A DNA stretch of 64,000 nt, taken from contig CAVPIB010000007.1 of NCBI GenBank assembly GCA_963704885.1, forward strand, positions 192,001 through 256,000. The letters are read 5' to 3'. Under the pieces are notes generated by a model. It was not told where the DNA came from, did not search any database, and saw only the letters and a list, made by a program, of their open reading frames with translations. Shown here in pieces: positions 1-8,585 of this stretch (its first letter is position 1; each line of letters begins with the position of its first letter). A program made the translations under genes and the position numbers. The stretch comes from an uncultured Actinomycetes bacterium. GTDB taxonomy: Bacteria > Actinomycetota > UBA4738 > HRBIN12.

Positions 1-936
1 CGCGCGCTCGGATCCTTCGATCTGGATGTCGAAGCGCCTCCACAGCTGATGCCAGGCCAGCTCGTGGGGTGAGCGGAGCTCGTCGAACCCACCCGCGCGC
101 ACCACCAGCCGGGCGGCGTCGGCGCCCGGCTCGTAGATCGCGTCCGTCCTCGAAGTGACGAGGCACGCCACCTTCTCGACGGTCAGGGCCTCGCCGGCCC
201 GCATGTCGACCGTCATCTCCTGGGCGATGAAGCCCTCTTCGCCGACCGTCCTCCGCTCGACATCGAGCGGCGCCTCGCCGTGAAACAGCCGCGTGCGCAC
301 GGCCTCCCCGATCCGGACGTGGGAGTCGCGGGTCTCCACCACCAGCCCGATCACGTCACCGGCGACCACATCGGTCGAGAGCGGGACGAGGTGATCGCCG
401 CGGAGGTTCCGGTAACGGGCCACGCCGGAGTTCGTGACCGTCCCGTCGAGCGCGGATCTGACAACGAGACGTCCGGACCAGTCTTCGGGGACGACGGTGA
501 CCTCTATCGCGGCGAGCCGCGGGTCGGCCATGCTCACGAGGCGGCGCTCGGTCACGGCGGTGGTCCGGCCGGCGGCATCCCGGTATCGGAACGAGCGGGT
601 CAGGACACCTGCGCGAAGATCGAGCTCCTGCCGGTACCTGAGGATCTCGGTACGGGCGAGGTCGAGCCAGTCGCCATCTTCCGGGCGGAACGTCAGGGGG
701 AGCCAGTTCGGGAGGTTCACGAGGTCCTCGTTCTCGACGACGCGCCCGGCGACCTCGGTCCGAAGGCGGTCGTAGAGGCCGGCGGCGTAGGTGCCCGGGT
801 AGTGGACGTCGTCGGCGACGGCCTCCGGCGCGGCGCCGCGCGTGGCGAAGACGCCGTTGCCCAGGGTGCAAAGGGCCTCGCGGAGCCCCTCTTCCTCCGG
901 GACGAAGTCGTCGAAGACGAGCGCCCACGCGCTCAC
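1..936 (-). CDS. Glycoside hydrolase family 65 (trehalose/maltose phosphorylase-like), N-terminal part; runs off the window
   Basis: Not in the ORF track because it is open at the edge. Manual translation from GTG 936 gives SAWALVFDDFVPEEEGLREALCTLGNGVFATRGAAPE...HYPGTYAAGLYDRL...NLPNWLPL, the GH65 N-terminal signature. GTGA overlap with the stop of the upstream gene. Confidence 0.9.
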   Translation of the reverse strand, partial: MSAWALVFDDFVPEEEGLREALCTLGNGVFATRGAAPEAVADDVHYPGTYAAGLYDRLRTEVAGRVVENEDLVNLPNWLPLTFRPEDGDWLDLARTEILRYRQELDLRAGVLTRSFRYRDAAGRTTAVTERRLVSMADPRLAAIEVTVVPEDWSGRLVVRSALDGTVTNSGVARYRNLRGDHLVPLSTDVVAGDVIGLVVETRDSHVRIGEAVRTRLFHGEAPLDVERRTVGEEGFIAQEMTVDMRAGEALTVEKVACLVTSRTDAIYEPGADAARLVVRAGGFDELRSPHELAWHQLWRRFDIQIEGSERA

Positions 937-2531
937 GCGGGATCGCCTTCCGACACCGCGTCGGCTATGAGTTCGAGGAACGCGCGTGCCTCCTCGGTGT
1001 CGCGAAGCGCGAGGCGCGCGACCGTCGGGCGATCGTCGTTCTCTCCACGAACCACGACTCCCAGGCCGTCGATCCGGACCGCCCTGAACGCGTCTTCGTC
1101 GGTCTCATCGTCGCCGACGTAGACGGGCAGGACGTCCGCGCCCGCGAGCCCCATCACCTCGAGGAGCCATCGCAAGGCTTCCCCTTTGTTCCAGTCGATG
1201 CCTGGCCGCAGCTCGAAGATCTTCTTCCCGCCGGTCCTTCGCAGGCGCGGGTGGGCGGTGGCGACCTCCTCCAACCTCGCCTCGACCTCGGTCACCCGTT
1301 CCGGATCAACCTGCCTGAAGTGCACGGCGATCGCGAACGCCTTCCTCTCGACCCGCGCTCCCGTGACGGACCTGAGCCGCGACTCGAGCTCTGCCTCGGC
1401 AGCGTCTAGCTCTGGGATGGACTCCCGTCCCTTCTGATGGGAGGCGCCGTCGGGAAGCACGAGGTCGAACCCGTGGCTCCCCGCGTAGGCGATCCGCTCC
1501 ACGCCGACCATCCGCCGCACGTCCCTGAGATCACGGCCGCTCAGGACCGCCACCGGGACGAGCCCGGCCAGCCGTTGGATCGCGGCTCTCGCCCCCGGCG
1601 ACAGCACCGCGTCCTCGGGCCGCTCCACGATCGGCGTGAGCGTTCCGTCATAGTCGAGGAAGACCGCGGGCGCCCGCCCGGCGAGCATCGCGCGGAGCTC
1701 CGCCACATGGTCGAGCGCCAAGGGGAGGCCGCCGACGCTCGGGAGGGGATCGTCGGGTGGCTGGAGTTGGATCTCGGCGAGGTCGTCAACGACGACGTCG
1801 GCGCCGGCTGCGACGAGCGCGTCCGGGTGTCCGGTGCGATCGACGCCGACGACCAATCCGAACCCACTGCGCCTGCCGGCCGCTACGCCTGCGAGCGCAT
1901 CCTCGAAGATCGCCGCGCGAGACGGGTCCACGCGCAGGCGGCGGGCGGCCTCCTCGAACATGGCGGGGTCGGGCTTCCCCCGCAGACCGAGCTCATCCGC
2001 GACCACACCATCGACCGTGGTATCGAACAGGTCGGCCACGCCGGCGGCGTCAAGCACGGCCGACATGTTCCTGCTCGCCGAGATCGCGGCGATCTTGATC
2101 CCGCGTCTGCGGAGCTCGCGCACGAGCTTGACCGTCGAGGGATAGGGTTTCGCCCCATGCTCCAGGAGGTGTTGCTGGTACTGGGCATTCTTCTGGTTCC
2201 CGAGACCGCACACCGACGGCCGGTCGGGAGGGTCAGTCGGATCGCCCCGCGGCAGCCGGATGTTCCGGGAAGCGAGGAAGCTCTGGACGCCGTCGTAGCG
2301 GGCCTTGCCGTCGACGTAGAGGCGGTAGTCACGGTCGATATCGAACGGGTCGAAAGGCTGGCCGATCCGGTCTGCTCGCTCGCGCAGGAACCCGTCGAAG
2401 ACCTTCTTCCAGACCGCCGCATGCACGGAAGCGGTATCTGTGATCACCCCATCCATGTCGAGGATCACGGCTTCGATGTGGGTCCCTTGCAGATCCAGAC
2501 CCTGGGGCCGCCGGCCCGCCGGGCCGGTCAC
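933..2531 (-). CDS. otsB: Beta-phosphoglucomutase-like HAD fused to trehalose-6-phosphate phosphatase
   Basis: Two HAD domains: DMDGVITDT...GKPDP...FEDA and FLDYDGTLTP...YVGDDETDEDAF. GTG 2531 start chosen; the ORF extends to 2642. Confidence 0.88.
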   Translation of the reverse strand: MTGPAGRRPQGLDLQGTHIEAVILDMDGVITDTASVHAAVWKKVFDGFLRERADRIGQPFDPFDIDRDYRLYVDGKARYDGVQSFLASRNIRLPRGDPTDPPDRPSVCGLGNQKNAQYQQHLLEHGAKPYPSTVKLVRELRRRGIKIAAISASRNMSAVLDAAGVADLFDTTVDGVVADELGLRGKPDPAMFEEAARRLRVDPSRAAIFEDALAGVAAGRRSGFGLVVGVDRTGHPDALVAAGADVVVDDLAEIQLQPPDDPLPSVGGLPLALDHVAELRAMLAGRAPAVFLDYDGTLTPIVERPEDAVLSPGARAAIQRLAGLVPVAVLSGRDLRDVRRMVGVERIAYAGSHGFDLVLPDGASHQKGRESIPELDAAEAELESRLRSVTGARVERKAFAIAVHFRQVDPERVTEVEARLEEVATAHPRLRRTGGKKIFELRPGIDWNKGEALRWLLEVMGLAGADVLPVYVGDDETDEDAFRAVRIDGLGVVVRGENDDRPTVARLALRDTEEARAFLELIADAVSEGDPA

Positions 2532-2822
2532 TTCACCGCGTGGAGCGTGAGCAGCACGAACCCCTCCTCGAACGTTGCCGGCACGGTCGTCGCTCCGGCG
2601 ATCGCCTCGGACATCGTCACCGACACCACGACCCGACCGCAAGCCATCTTCGGTCGGAGGTCTGGCGCCAGCAACTCGGGCGCTTGATCGGGGGGTGCTC
2701 CGACGCCCCTGCAGGGGAGTAGAACCCCAAGCACCCAGCGTCGAACGTCTCGTGATGGCCCCGGTGGCTGAGGTCCGGTCCTAGCCGTTCAGCTCCCGCC
2801 CTGGGTGAATGCGCCCTATAGG

Positions 2823-3416
2823 ATGTGGTCGTTGTCCGCCTATCTCGCGCTCTTCGCATCCTCGATCGGACCCGTGTCGCTGTTCCTGGCGTTGCTAGCC
2901 GTGCTCGCGCAGGTGAGCGTGCTCGTCGCCGTCGTGTTATGGGTGGCGGCGAGGTTCTCGGACGGTGCGGCCCGAACCAAGGCACGTCTCCTGGGCGCGA
3001 TCGGTCCATCGGCATCGTGGCTCGCCTGGGGGGTGGCACTCGTTTGCACCCTTGGCAGCCTCTACTACTCCGAGGTTGCCCACTTCGTTCCGTGCAAGCT
3101 CTGTTGGTACCAGCGGATCGCTATGTATCCGCTGGTGGTGGTGCTTGGCGTGGCGGCATGGCGCCAGCGAACCGAGATCGCTCGTGCCACCTTGCCTCTC
3201 GTCGCCATCGGCGCGGCGATCTCGACCTACCACTACCTGCTGGAGCGGTTCCCTTCGTTGGAGAGCGCTGCCAGTTGTGACCCCTCCGCGCCATGCACGG
3301 TGGTGTGGGTGTGGCGGTTCCACTACCTGTCGATCCCGGCCATGGCCCTGAGCGGCTTCGCGTTGATCGCCGTCCTCATCCTCATCGCGACCGACCCCGA
3401 CCCCGGAACGGAGTGA
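2823..3416 (+). CDS. dsbB: Disulfide bond formation protein DsbB/BdbC family
   Basis: [19 protein letters not shown] motif, a second Cys pair (SC...PC), several TM helices. Confidence 0.9.
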   Translation: MWSLSAYLALFASSIGPVSLFLALLAVLAQVSVLVAVVLWVAARFSDGAARTKARLLGAIGPSASWLAWGVALVCTLGSLYYSEVAHFVPCKLCWYQRIAMYPLVVVLGVAAWRQRTEIARATLPLVAIGAAISTYHYLLERFPSLESAASCDPSAPCTVVWVWRFHYLSIPAMALSGFALIAVLILIATDPDPGTE

Positions 3417-4075
3417 CCACGATGCCGTCAGCCAGCAAACGTCGAGCGATGGAGCGGGAGCACCGGCGACGTCAGATGCGCACCGTCGGTATCGCGGTGG
3501 CGGCTGTCGCCGCGGTCGCGATCGCGGCGATCGTGGTGAGCGCGCTCGGGGGTGAGGAGTCAACCGACCCCCGGGTCAGTCAGACAAGGCCCGTCACCGT
3601 AGCGGGCGAGCCGCTCCCGGCCTTCGGCGCGGAGCCAGATCCCGCCGTCGGGATGGCGGCGCCGGGCCTCGAAGGAGAGACGTTCGACGGTTCGCCGATC
3701 TCGATCACGCCAGGCCAGGGGCCGATGGCGATCTGGTTCGTGGCGCACTGGTGTCCGCACTGCCAAGCCGAGGTGCCCCGTATCGTCGCGCTCGCGGAAC
3801 AGGGCAAGCTCCCTGACGGTGTCCAGATCGCCGCGGTGTCCACGGGCGAAGATCCCGCCGGGCCCAACTACCCCCCGTCGGCCTGGCTCGAGGTCGAAGG
3901 GTGGCCCTTCCCCGTGCTGGCCGACGACGAGAACGGCACGGCCGCCACCGCATACGGGTTGGGGGGGTTCCCGTTCCTCGTACTGGTCGATGCCGACGGG
4001 AACGTCACGGCTCGCGCCTCAGGCGAATTGGGGGACGATGGCATCGTCGCCGCCCTGAACAGCCTGGCGGGCTAG
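3413..4075 (+). CDS. Membrane-anchored TlpA/DsbA-like thioredoxin (WCPHC)
   Basis: N-terminal TM anchor, AHWCPHC, GFP cis-Pro loop; GTGA overlap with the dsbB stop. Confidence 0.85.
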   Translation: MTTMPSASKRRAMEREHRRRQMRTVGIAVAAVAAVAIAAIVVSALGGEESTDPRVSQTRPVTVAGEPLPAFGAEPDPAVGMAAPGLEGETFDGSPISITPGQGPMAIWFVAHWCPHCQAEVPRIVALAEQGKLPDGVQIAAVSTGEDPAGPNYPPSAWLEVEGWPFPVLADDENGTAATAYGLGGFPFLVLVDADGNVTARASGELGDDGIVAALNSLAG

Positions 4076-4125
4076 ACCGGATGACGCAGCCTTCAGGCGT
4101 CGTCGGTGTGTGTGGGGAAGCTTGC

Positions 4126-4151
4126 GGAATAGACCCGGGCTTTCCGGTGTC
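4126..4151 (+). promoter_or_regulatory. ECF (SigR/SigH-like) promoter GGAATA-N16-TGTC
   Basis: Same spacing as four other copies in the cluster; ends 9 nt before GTG 4161. Confidence 0.55.
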
Positions 4152-4160
4152 CACACTGTT

Positions 4161-4733
4161 GTGAAGTCACCGCGGGCCTTCGCTGGCCTATCCTTGCTCG
4201 TCGGAGCCTTGGCCATGCTCGCGGCCGCGTGCTCGTCAGCGGCCGCTCCTATCGCCGATACGCCTTCGGCCACGAGAAGCACGCCGTCTCCTAGCGTAGC
4301 GGCCTCCGTCGCAGGTCCCGCCACGGTCCCCGAGGTGCTGGACTTCGAGGCTCCCGCTCTGGCCGGCGGGACCCTGAAGGGAGCCGACTACTCGGGCAAG
4401 GACCTCGCCATATGGTTCTGGGCGCCGTGGTGAACGACTTGTCAGGGGGAAGCCCCTGAAGTCGCGCGGGTCTCGCGCGCCTACGCAGGTCAGGTCGAGT
4501 TCCTCGGCATGGCGGGACGCGACTCGACCGACGCCATGCAGAGGTTCGTCGACAACTTCTCCCTGACGTTCCCGCAGGCTGTTTCCGAAGACGGCTCCTT
4601 ATGGGCGCGCTTCGGTGTCCCTTACCAGCCTGCCTGGGTCTTCGTGAACGACGACGGCCACGCTCAGGTCGTCTCCGGTGCGATCCCCGAGGACGATCTG
4701 AAGAAGATCCTCGATCAGCTGATCGCGGCTTAG
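4161..4733 (+). CDS. TlpA/peroxiredoxin-like thioredoxin-fold lipoprotein, selenoprotein (Sec at TGA 4431-4433, UxxC)
   Basis: ORFs 4110..4433 and 4509..4733 are in the same frame. Read-through gives WFWAPW-U-TTC-QGEAPEV...FGVPYQPAWVFV, a complete thioredoxin fold. Lipobox LAAAC. Hairpin immediately 3' of the UGA. Confidence 0.88.
4435..4464 (+). promoter_or_regulatory. Bacterial SECIS-like hairpin
   Basis: CGACT-(TG)-TCAGGGG-[GAAG]-CCCCTGA-AGTCG; the loop starts with G at +16 nt after the UGA. Confidence 0.8.
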
Positions 4734-4737
4734 CGTC

Positions 4738-5100
4738 CTACTCGGTCGACCCTCGGAACTCCAGGGCATAGGTCCACCGGGCTGGGTCTTCTGCGTGCTC
4801 GAAGCGCAGGAGCCTGCCCTCCTCGCCGCCGGGCAGGACGACGGGCAGTCCGACGTGCTCGTCCGTCGGCCACAACTCCTGCCTGACATCGTCCTCCAGC
4901 ACCAGGAGGGTCATCGGGTGTTCTCCATCTCGTTCGAGAGGTGGGTGCCAATCGTCGTCCTCGAGCCGCCGGACCCGGACGAAGCGGGGTACCGCGTGCA
5001 GGAGCACCGGCTCACCGGGAGACTTCCAGGCCTTACCGAAGAATCGCCAGCGCTCCCCATCCTTGGACGTCTCGATCACCCAACATTCCTCCGCACCCAT
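4738..5100 (-). CDS. Hypothetical protein (120 aa)
   Basis: ATG 5100 with an RBS-like GAAGGGAGG upstream, just after the ccdA stop; globular-looking sequence. Confidence 0.65.
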   Translation of the reverse strand: MGAEECWVIETSKDGERWRFFGKAWKSPGEPVLLHAVPRFVRVRRLEDDDWHPPLERDGEHPMTLLVLEDDVRQELWPTDEHVGLPVVLPGGEEGRLLRFEHAEDPARWTYALEFRGSTE

Positions 5101-5120
5101 GGGCCGCGGTCCTCCCTTCA

Positions 5121-5873
5121 TCACAGCGGGGGCTCGAAGTTGTTGACCAACCGAAGCACCGGCCCCATGACCTGGGTCCATAGACCAGAGATGAGCAACA
5201 CGCCGATCGAGACCATGATGACACCCGATACCAAGGAGATCGCCTCGTGGTGCCGCTTGAGTACGTCGAGGGCTCCCATCAGCCGGCCGACGCCCAGGCC
5301 GAGCAGGATGAACGGCAAGCCGAGGCCCATCGAGTACACGAACAGCAGCAACGATCCCCTTGCAGAGTTGCCCTGAACCGTGGCGAGCGCCAGCGTTCCG
5401 GCCAGGACCGGACCGATGCAAGGGGTCCATCCCGCGGCGAAGGCCATCCCCAAGGGATAGGCCGATGCGCGACCCGGGCGTAGCTTGGTCAGGAAGGGGC
5501 GCCTATCCGCATACAGCGCCGCCGTTCCGGCTCGGAGTCCCTGCAGGATCAAGATCATCCCGACGCCCGCCACCACGACTCCCGCGATCCGCTGCCCCGT
5601 CTGCGACCGAACGATGGGCACGAGCGTTCCCGCGAACGCACCCAGCGCGGTGAACACGGTGGCGAACCCCGCCACGAAGAACAGCATGGGTGCGATGTCG
5701 GGTCGCGTCGTCACACCGCTCGTTCCACCTACCGCCGCACGCGCTTGCGTGCCGGAGACGAACGAGAGATAGCCGGGCACGAGCGGCAACACGCATGGTG
5801 AGGCGAAAGAGACCACGCCCGCTGCGAACGCTATGAGTGGCGCCCACCAAGCCGTGAGATCGAAGACCGACAT
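5121..5873 (-). CDS. ccdA: CcdA/DsbD-family transmembrane thiol-disulfide transporter
   Basis: SFASPCVLPLVPGY and GWTPCIGP motifs; about 6 TM helices. Confidence 0.92.
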   Translation of the reverse strand: MSVFDLTAWWAPLIAFAAGVVSFASPCVLPLVPGYLSFVSGTQARAAVGGTSGVTTRPDIAPMLFFVAGFATVFTALGAFAGTLVPIVRSQTGQRIAGVVVAGVGMILILQGLRAGTAALYADRRPFLTKLRPGRASAYPLGMAFAAGWTPCIGPVLAGTLALATVQGNSARGSLLLFVYSMGLGLPFILLGLGVGRLMGALDVLKRHHEAISLVSGVIMVSIGVLLISGLWTQVMGPVLRLVNNFEPPL

Positions 5874-5876
5874 CGG

Positions 5877-6500
5877 TCAGGCTGTGACGCCGAGATCGGT
5901 TTCGATCAGCTGCTCCAGGGACGCGGCGTCCAACCCACCGACCCAGACCTCGGCGATCTCCCCTCCGGGACGGATGAAGATCGTGGTCGGCATCCCCACC
6001 CCACCTGAGGCATTGAAGAAGACCCCGCTGCGGTCGATCGCTGTCGGATAGGTGATCCCGGTCTCCTTGGCGAGCGCGATGCTGGCGCTCGCGGCATCGC
6101 TCTGTGAGATCCCAAGGAAGGCGACCTGGTCACCAAGCTTCTTATGTACCTGCTCGAAGTCCGGCATCTCACCGATGCAGTTGGGGCACCACGACGCGAA
6201 GAAGTTGATAACGAGCGGCTTGTCGGCCAGCGTCGAGTACTCGACCGTGCCGCCCCCTTCGAGCGCCGGCAACTCCAAACTCTCCAGGGTCCCGCCGGTC
6301 CGGATATCCCCCGCGTAGGCGACTCCGCCGGCGCCGTTGCGGATCAGGAGGAAACCGATCCCCACGACGGCGATCAAGACCACGGCTGCGATACCCGCCG
6401 AGCGCAGTCGGGCCTTGTGACGGGCGTGCTTCGCTCGCCTCTCACGAGCTGCTCGCGCCTGTACATTCCTCTCGCCTTTGCTCGCGGCGCGCTCAGCCAC
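5877..6500 (-). CDS. TlpA/ResA-family membrane-anchored thioredoxin (WCPNC)
   Basis: VINFFASWCPNCIGEMP, GMPTT; AGGAGG RBS before GTG 6500. Confidence 0.9.
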   Translation of the reverse strand: MAERAASKGERNVQARAARERRAKHARHKARLRSAGIAAVVLIAVVGIGFLLIRNGAGGVAYAGDIRTGGTLESLELPALEGGGTVEYSTLADKPLVINFFASWCPNCIGEMPDFEQVHKKLGDQVAFLGISQSDAASASIALAKETGITYPTAIDRSGVFFNASGGVGMPTTIFIRPGGEIAEVWVGGLDAASLEQLIETDLGVTA

Positions 6501-6564
6501 CCGTCCTCCTGTCGGTCGGGGTTTCCTCGCATGGCCGCGGTCACCCCGCGGCCTCAGCATGTCC

Positions 6565-6590
6565 GACGCCCGTGGACACCGCGCGATTCC
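6565..6590 (-). promoter_or_regulatory. ECF promoter GGAATC-N16-CGTC for the tlpA-ccdA operon
   Basis: Exact motif on the minus strand. Confidence 0.75.
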
Positions 6591-6600
6591 GCACCTAGGG

Positions 6601-6626
6601 GGAATCTTCGAACAGGGAGCGGCGTC
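6601..6626 (+). promoter_or_regulatory. ECF promoter GGAATC-N16-CGTC for the DUF3179 gene
   Basis: Exact motif, back-to-back with the divergent copy. Confidence 0.75.
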
Positions 6627-6663
6627 CCAAGAGAAAGATGTTCATGCCAGGGAGTCAGCGCCG

Positions 6664-7815
6664 ATGAGGATCGGGCGCATCGCCGCGCTGATAGCGGCGC
6701 TCGCGGTCTTCGCCGCAGCTTGCAGCGGCGGAGCCACCCGCTCGCCGGATGCCGGTGAAAGCGCCTCCGCATCCGATAGCTCGTCGGAGGGAGTGACGCC
6801 ACCGCTCATCGATCTCGACGACATCATCTCCGGCGGTCCTCCGCCCGACGGCATCCCGCCGATCGACGACCCGAAGTTCCTGGCGCCTGAAGACGTCACG
6901 TTCCTGGTTCCCCAGGAACCAGTGATCGCGGTCGAGGTCGAGGGTGTGGCGAAGGCGTACCCGATCCGCATCCTGATGTGGCACGAGATCGTGAACGACG
7001 TCTTCGACGGCACGCCCGTCGTAGTGACGTACTGCCCTCTATGTAACACGGGGATCGCATACCTCCGCCCAACCATCGACGGAGAGCTCCTCGACTTCGG
7101 GACCAGCGGAAAGCTCTACAACTCGAACCTGATCATGTACGACCGCCAGACCAACTCTTACTGGCCCCAGGCGATGGGTAAGGCGGTCGTCGGGCCACTC
7201 ACGGGTGAGGAGTTGGAGTTCGTGCCGGCTCGGATCCTGTCGTGGGGGGACTGGTTGCTGGCCTACCCCGACGGGTTCGTGCTCTCGACCGACACGGGGG
7301 TGTCTCGGACGTACGGGAGCAATCCGTACGCCGGGTACGACCACGAATCGGTCCCATTCCTGTTCGCCGGCGAAACCGACCCACGGCTTCGCGCTAAGGA
7401 GCACATCCTGGGGATCGCCGGCGAGGGCGGCGCGATCGCGTTCCCGTTTTCCGAGCTCGCGAGTCGGGCGACGGGTGGCGCGACCGTGGTTCAAGGTTCG
7501 TTCGGCGGCCCGCGCCTGGTGGTCTTCTGGCAGGCGGGAACGGTGTCCGCTCTTGACGCGGCAGAGATCCCCGAGTCAGAGGATGTGGGTGCCGCCGCTG
7601 CGTACGTCCCCGTCGTCGATGGGCAGCGCCTGACTTTCGAGGTGCAAGGCGGGCGCTTCGTAGACCAGCAGACGGGGTCGGTGTGGTCGATCGACGGCCG
7701 CGCGCTCACCGGTCAGCTGGCGGGTTCCCGGCTCGAGGTGGCCTTGGCTATCGATAGCTTCTGGTTCGACTGGGCAGCCTTCCATCCTGAAACGGAGATA
7801 TTCGGACAGGCGTGA
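6664..7815 (+). CDS. DUF3179 domain lipoprotein (Cys form, CPLC)
   Basis: Lipobox FAAAC; GGPPPDGIPPID, HEIVND, TYCPLCNTG, FGTSGKLYNSNLIMYDRQT, FWFDW motifs. Confidence 0.9.
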   Translation: MRIGRIAALIAALAVFAAACSGGATRSPDAGESASASDSSSEGVTPPLIDLDDIISGGPPPDGIPPIDDPKFLAPEDVTFLVPQEPVIAVEVEGVAKAYPIRILMWHEIVNDVFDGTPVVVTYCPLCNTGIAYLRPTIDGELLDFGTSGKLYNSNLIMYDRQTNSYWPQAMGKAVVGPLTGEELEFVPARILSWGDWLLAYPDGFVLSTDTGVSRTYGSNPYAGYDHESVPFLFAGETDPRLRAKEHILGIAGEGGAIAFPFSELASRATGGATVVQGSFGGPRLVVFWQAGTVSALDAAEIPESEDVGAAAAYVPVVDGQRLTFEVQGGRFVDQQTGSVWSIDGRALTGQLAGSRLEVALAIDSFWFDWAAFHPETEIFGQA

Positions 7816-7872
7816 ATGCGGTCATCCGGTTCGATGGTGGCGAGGTCACTCGCGTGGTTGTCGGCTCGCCCC

Positions 7873-8541
7873 TCAGCCGTCGATATCCAGGATCTGGTCG
7901 ACGACTTCGTCGAGATCGCGGCCGACCACGTCGGGGGGACCGACGAGAGGCGCCCACGTCTGGCCTGGGCGTGCGACGAACGCTGCCGCCCACCCCGCAC
8001 TCTTCGCCCCGATAACGTCCCAGTCGTGCGCCGCCACGAGCCGAAGCGCCTCCGGCGCGACACCCAACCGCTCCGAGGCCATCAGGTAGGCCTCGGGCGC
8101 CGGCTTGAATCGCCCAACGGTCTCTACGGAGAGCACGGGATCGAGCAGATCCTCCAGACCTGCGTGCGAGAGTTGAGCGTCGGCGACCGCGGCGGTGGAG
8201 TTCGTCAGAGCACAGGTGTGGAACCCGGCGCTCCGCAGCCGCCGGATGGCTGCGGGCACTTCGGGATGCGCGGGCAGCTCGCGCATCTTGCCGAGCAGCC
8301 GCTCCAGCGCGGGCCCGTCCAGATGTCGGCCGCGGCGGTCGGCGACCGCCAGGAGCGCGGCCCGACCCACCTGCCCGAAGTCGCTGTCCAGGCCCGTGAG
8401 CGTGGCCACGAGCGACAGGTGGAGCATGCGAGCGAACCACTCACGGAGTGCGTCGTCATCGCCGAGGGCTTCGGCGAACGGCTCTCGCATGACAGATAGG
8501 TCCAGCAGCGTCTGGTTCACGTCGAACACGATCGTCCTCAT
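7873..8541 (-). CDS. Haloacid dehalogenase type II (HAD)
   Basis: FDVNQTLLD, LTNS, FKPAPEAY, AAHDWD motifs. Confidence 0.88.
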   Translation of the reverse strand: MRTIVFDVNQTLLDLSVMREPFAEALGDDDALREWFARMLHLSLVATLTGLDSDFGQVGRAALLAVADRRGRHLDGPALERLLGKMRELPAHPEVPAAIRRLRSAGFHTCALTNSTAAVADAQLSHAGLEDLLDPVLSVETVGRFKPAPEAYLMASERLGVAPEALRLVAAHDWDVIGAKSAGWAAAFVARPGQTWAPLVGPPDVVGRDLDEVVDQILDIDG

Positions 8542-8585
8542 GGGATGCCTCCCGTGCGCTTCCTTCCAGACGATATGCAGGTCGG

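Noticed and set aside
2715-2751. ECF promoter upstream of dsbB
   Set aside because: GGAGTA/AGAACC...CGTC spacings do not match the N16 pattern.
6664-7815. DUF3179 as a selenoprotein
   Set aside because: The motif here is encoded as Cys (TGC CCT CTA TGT) and there is no in-frame TGA.
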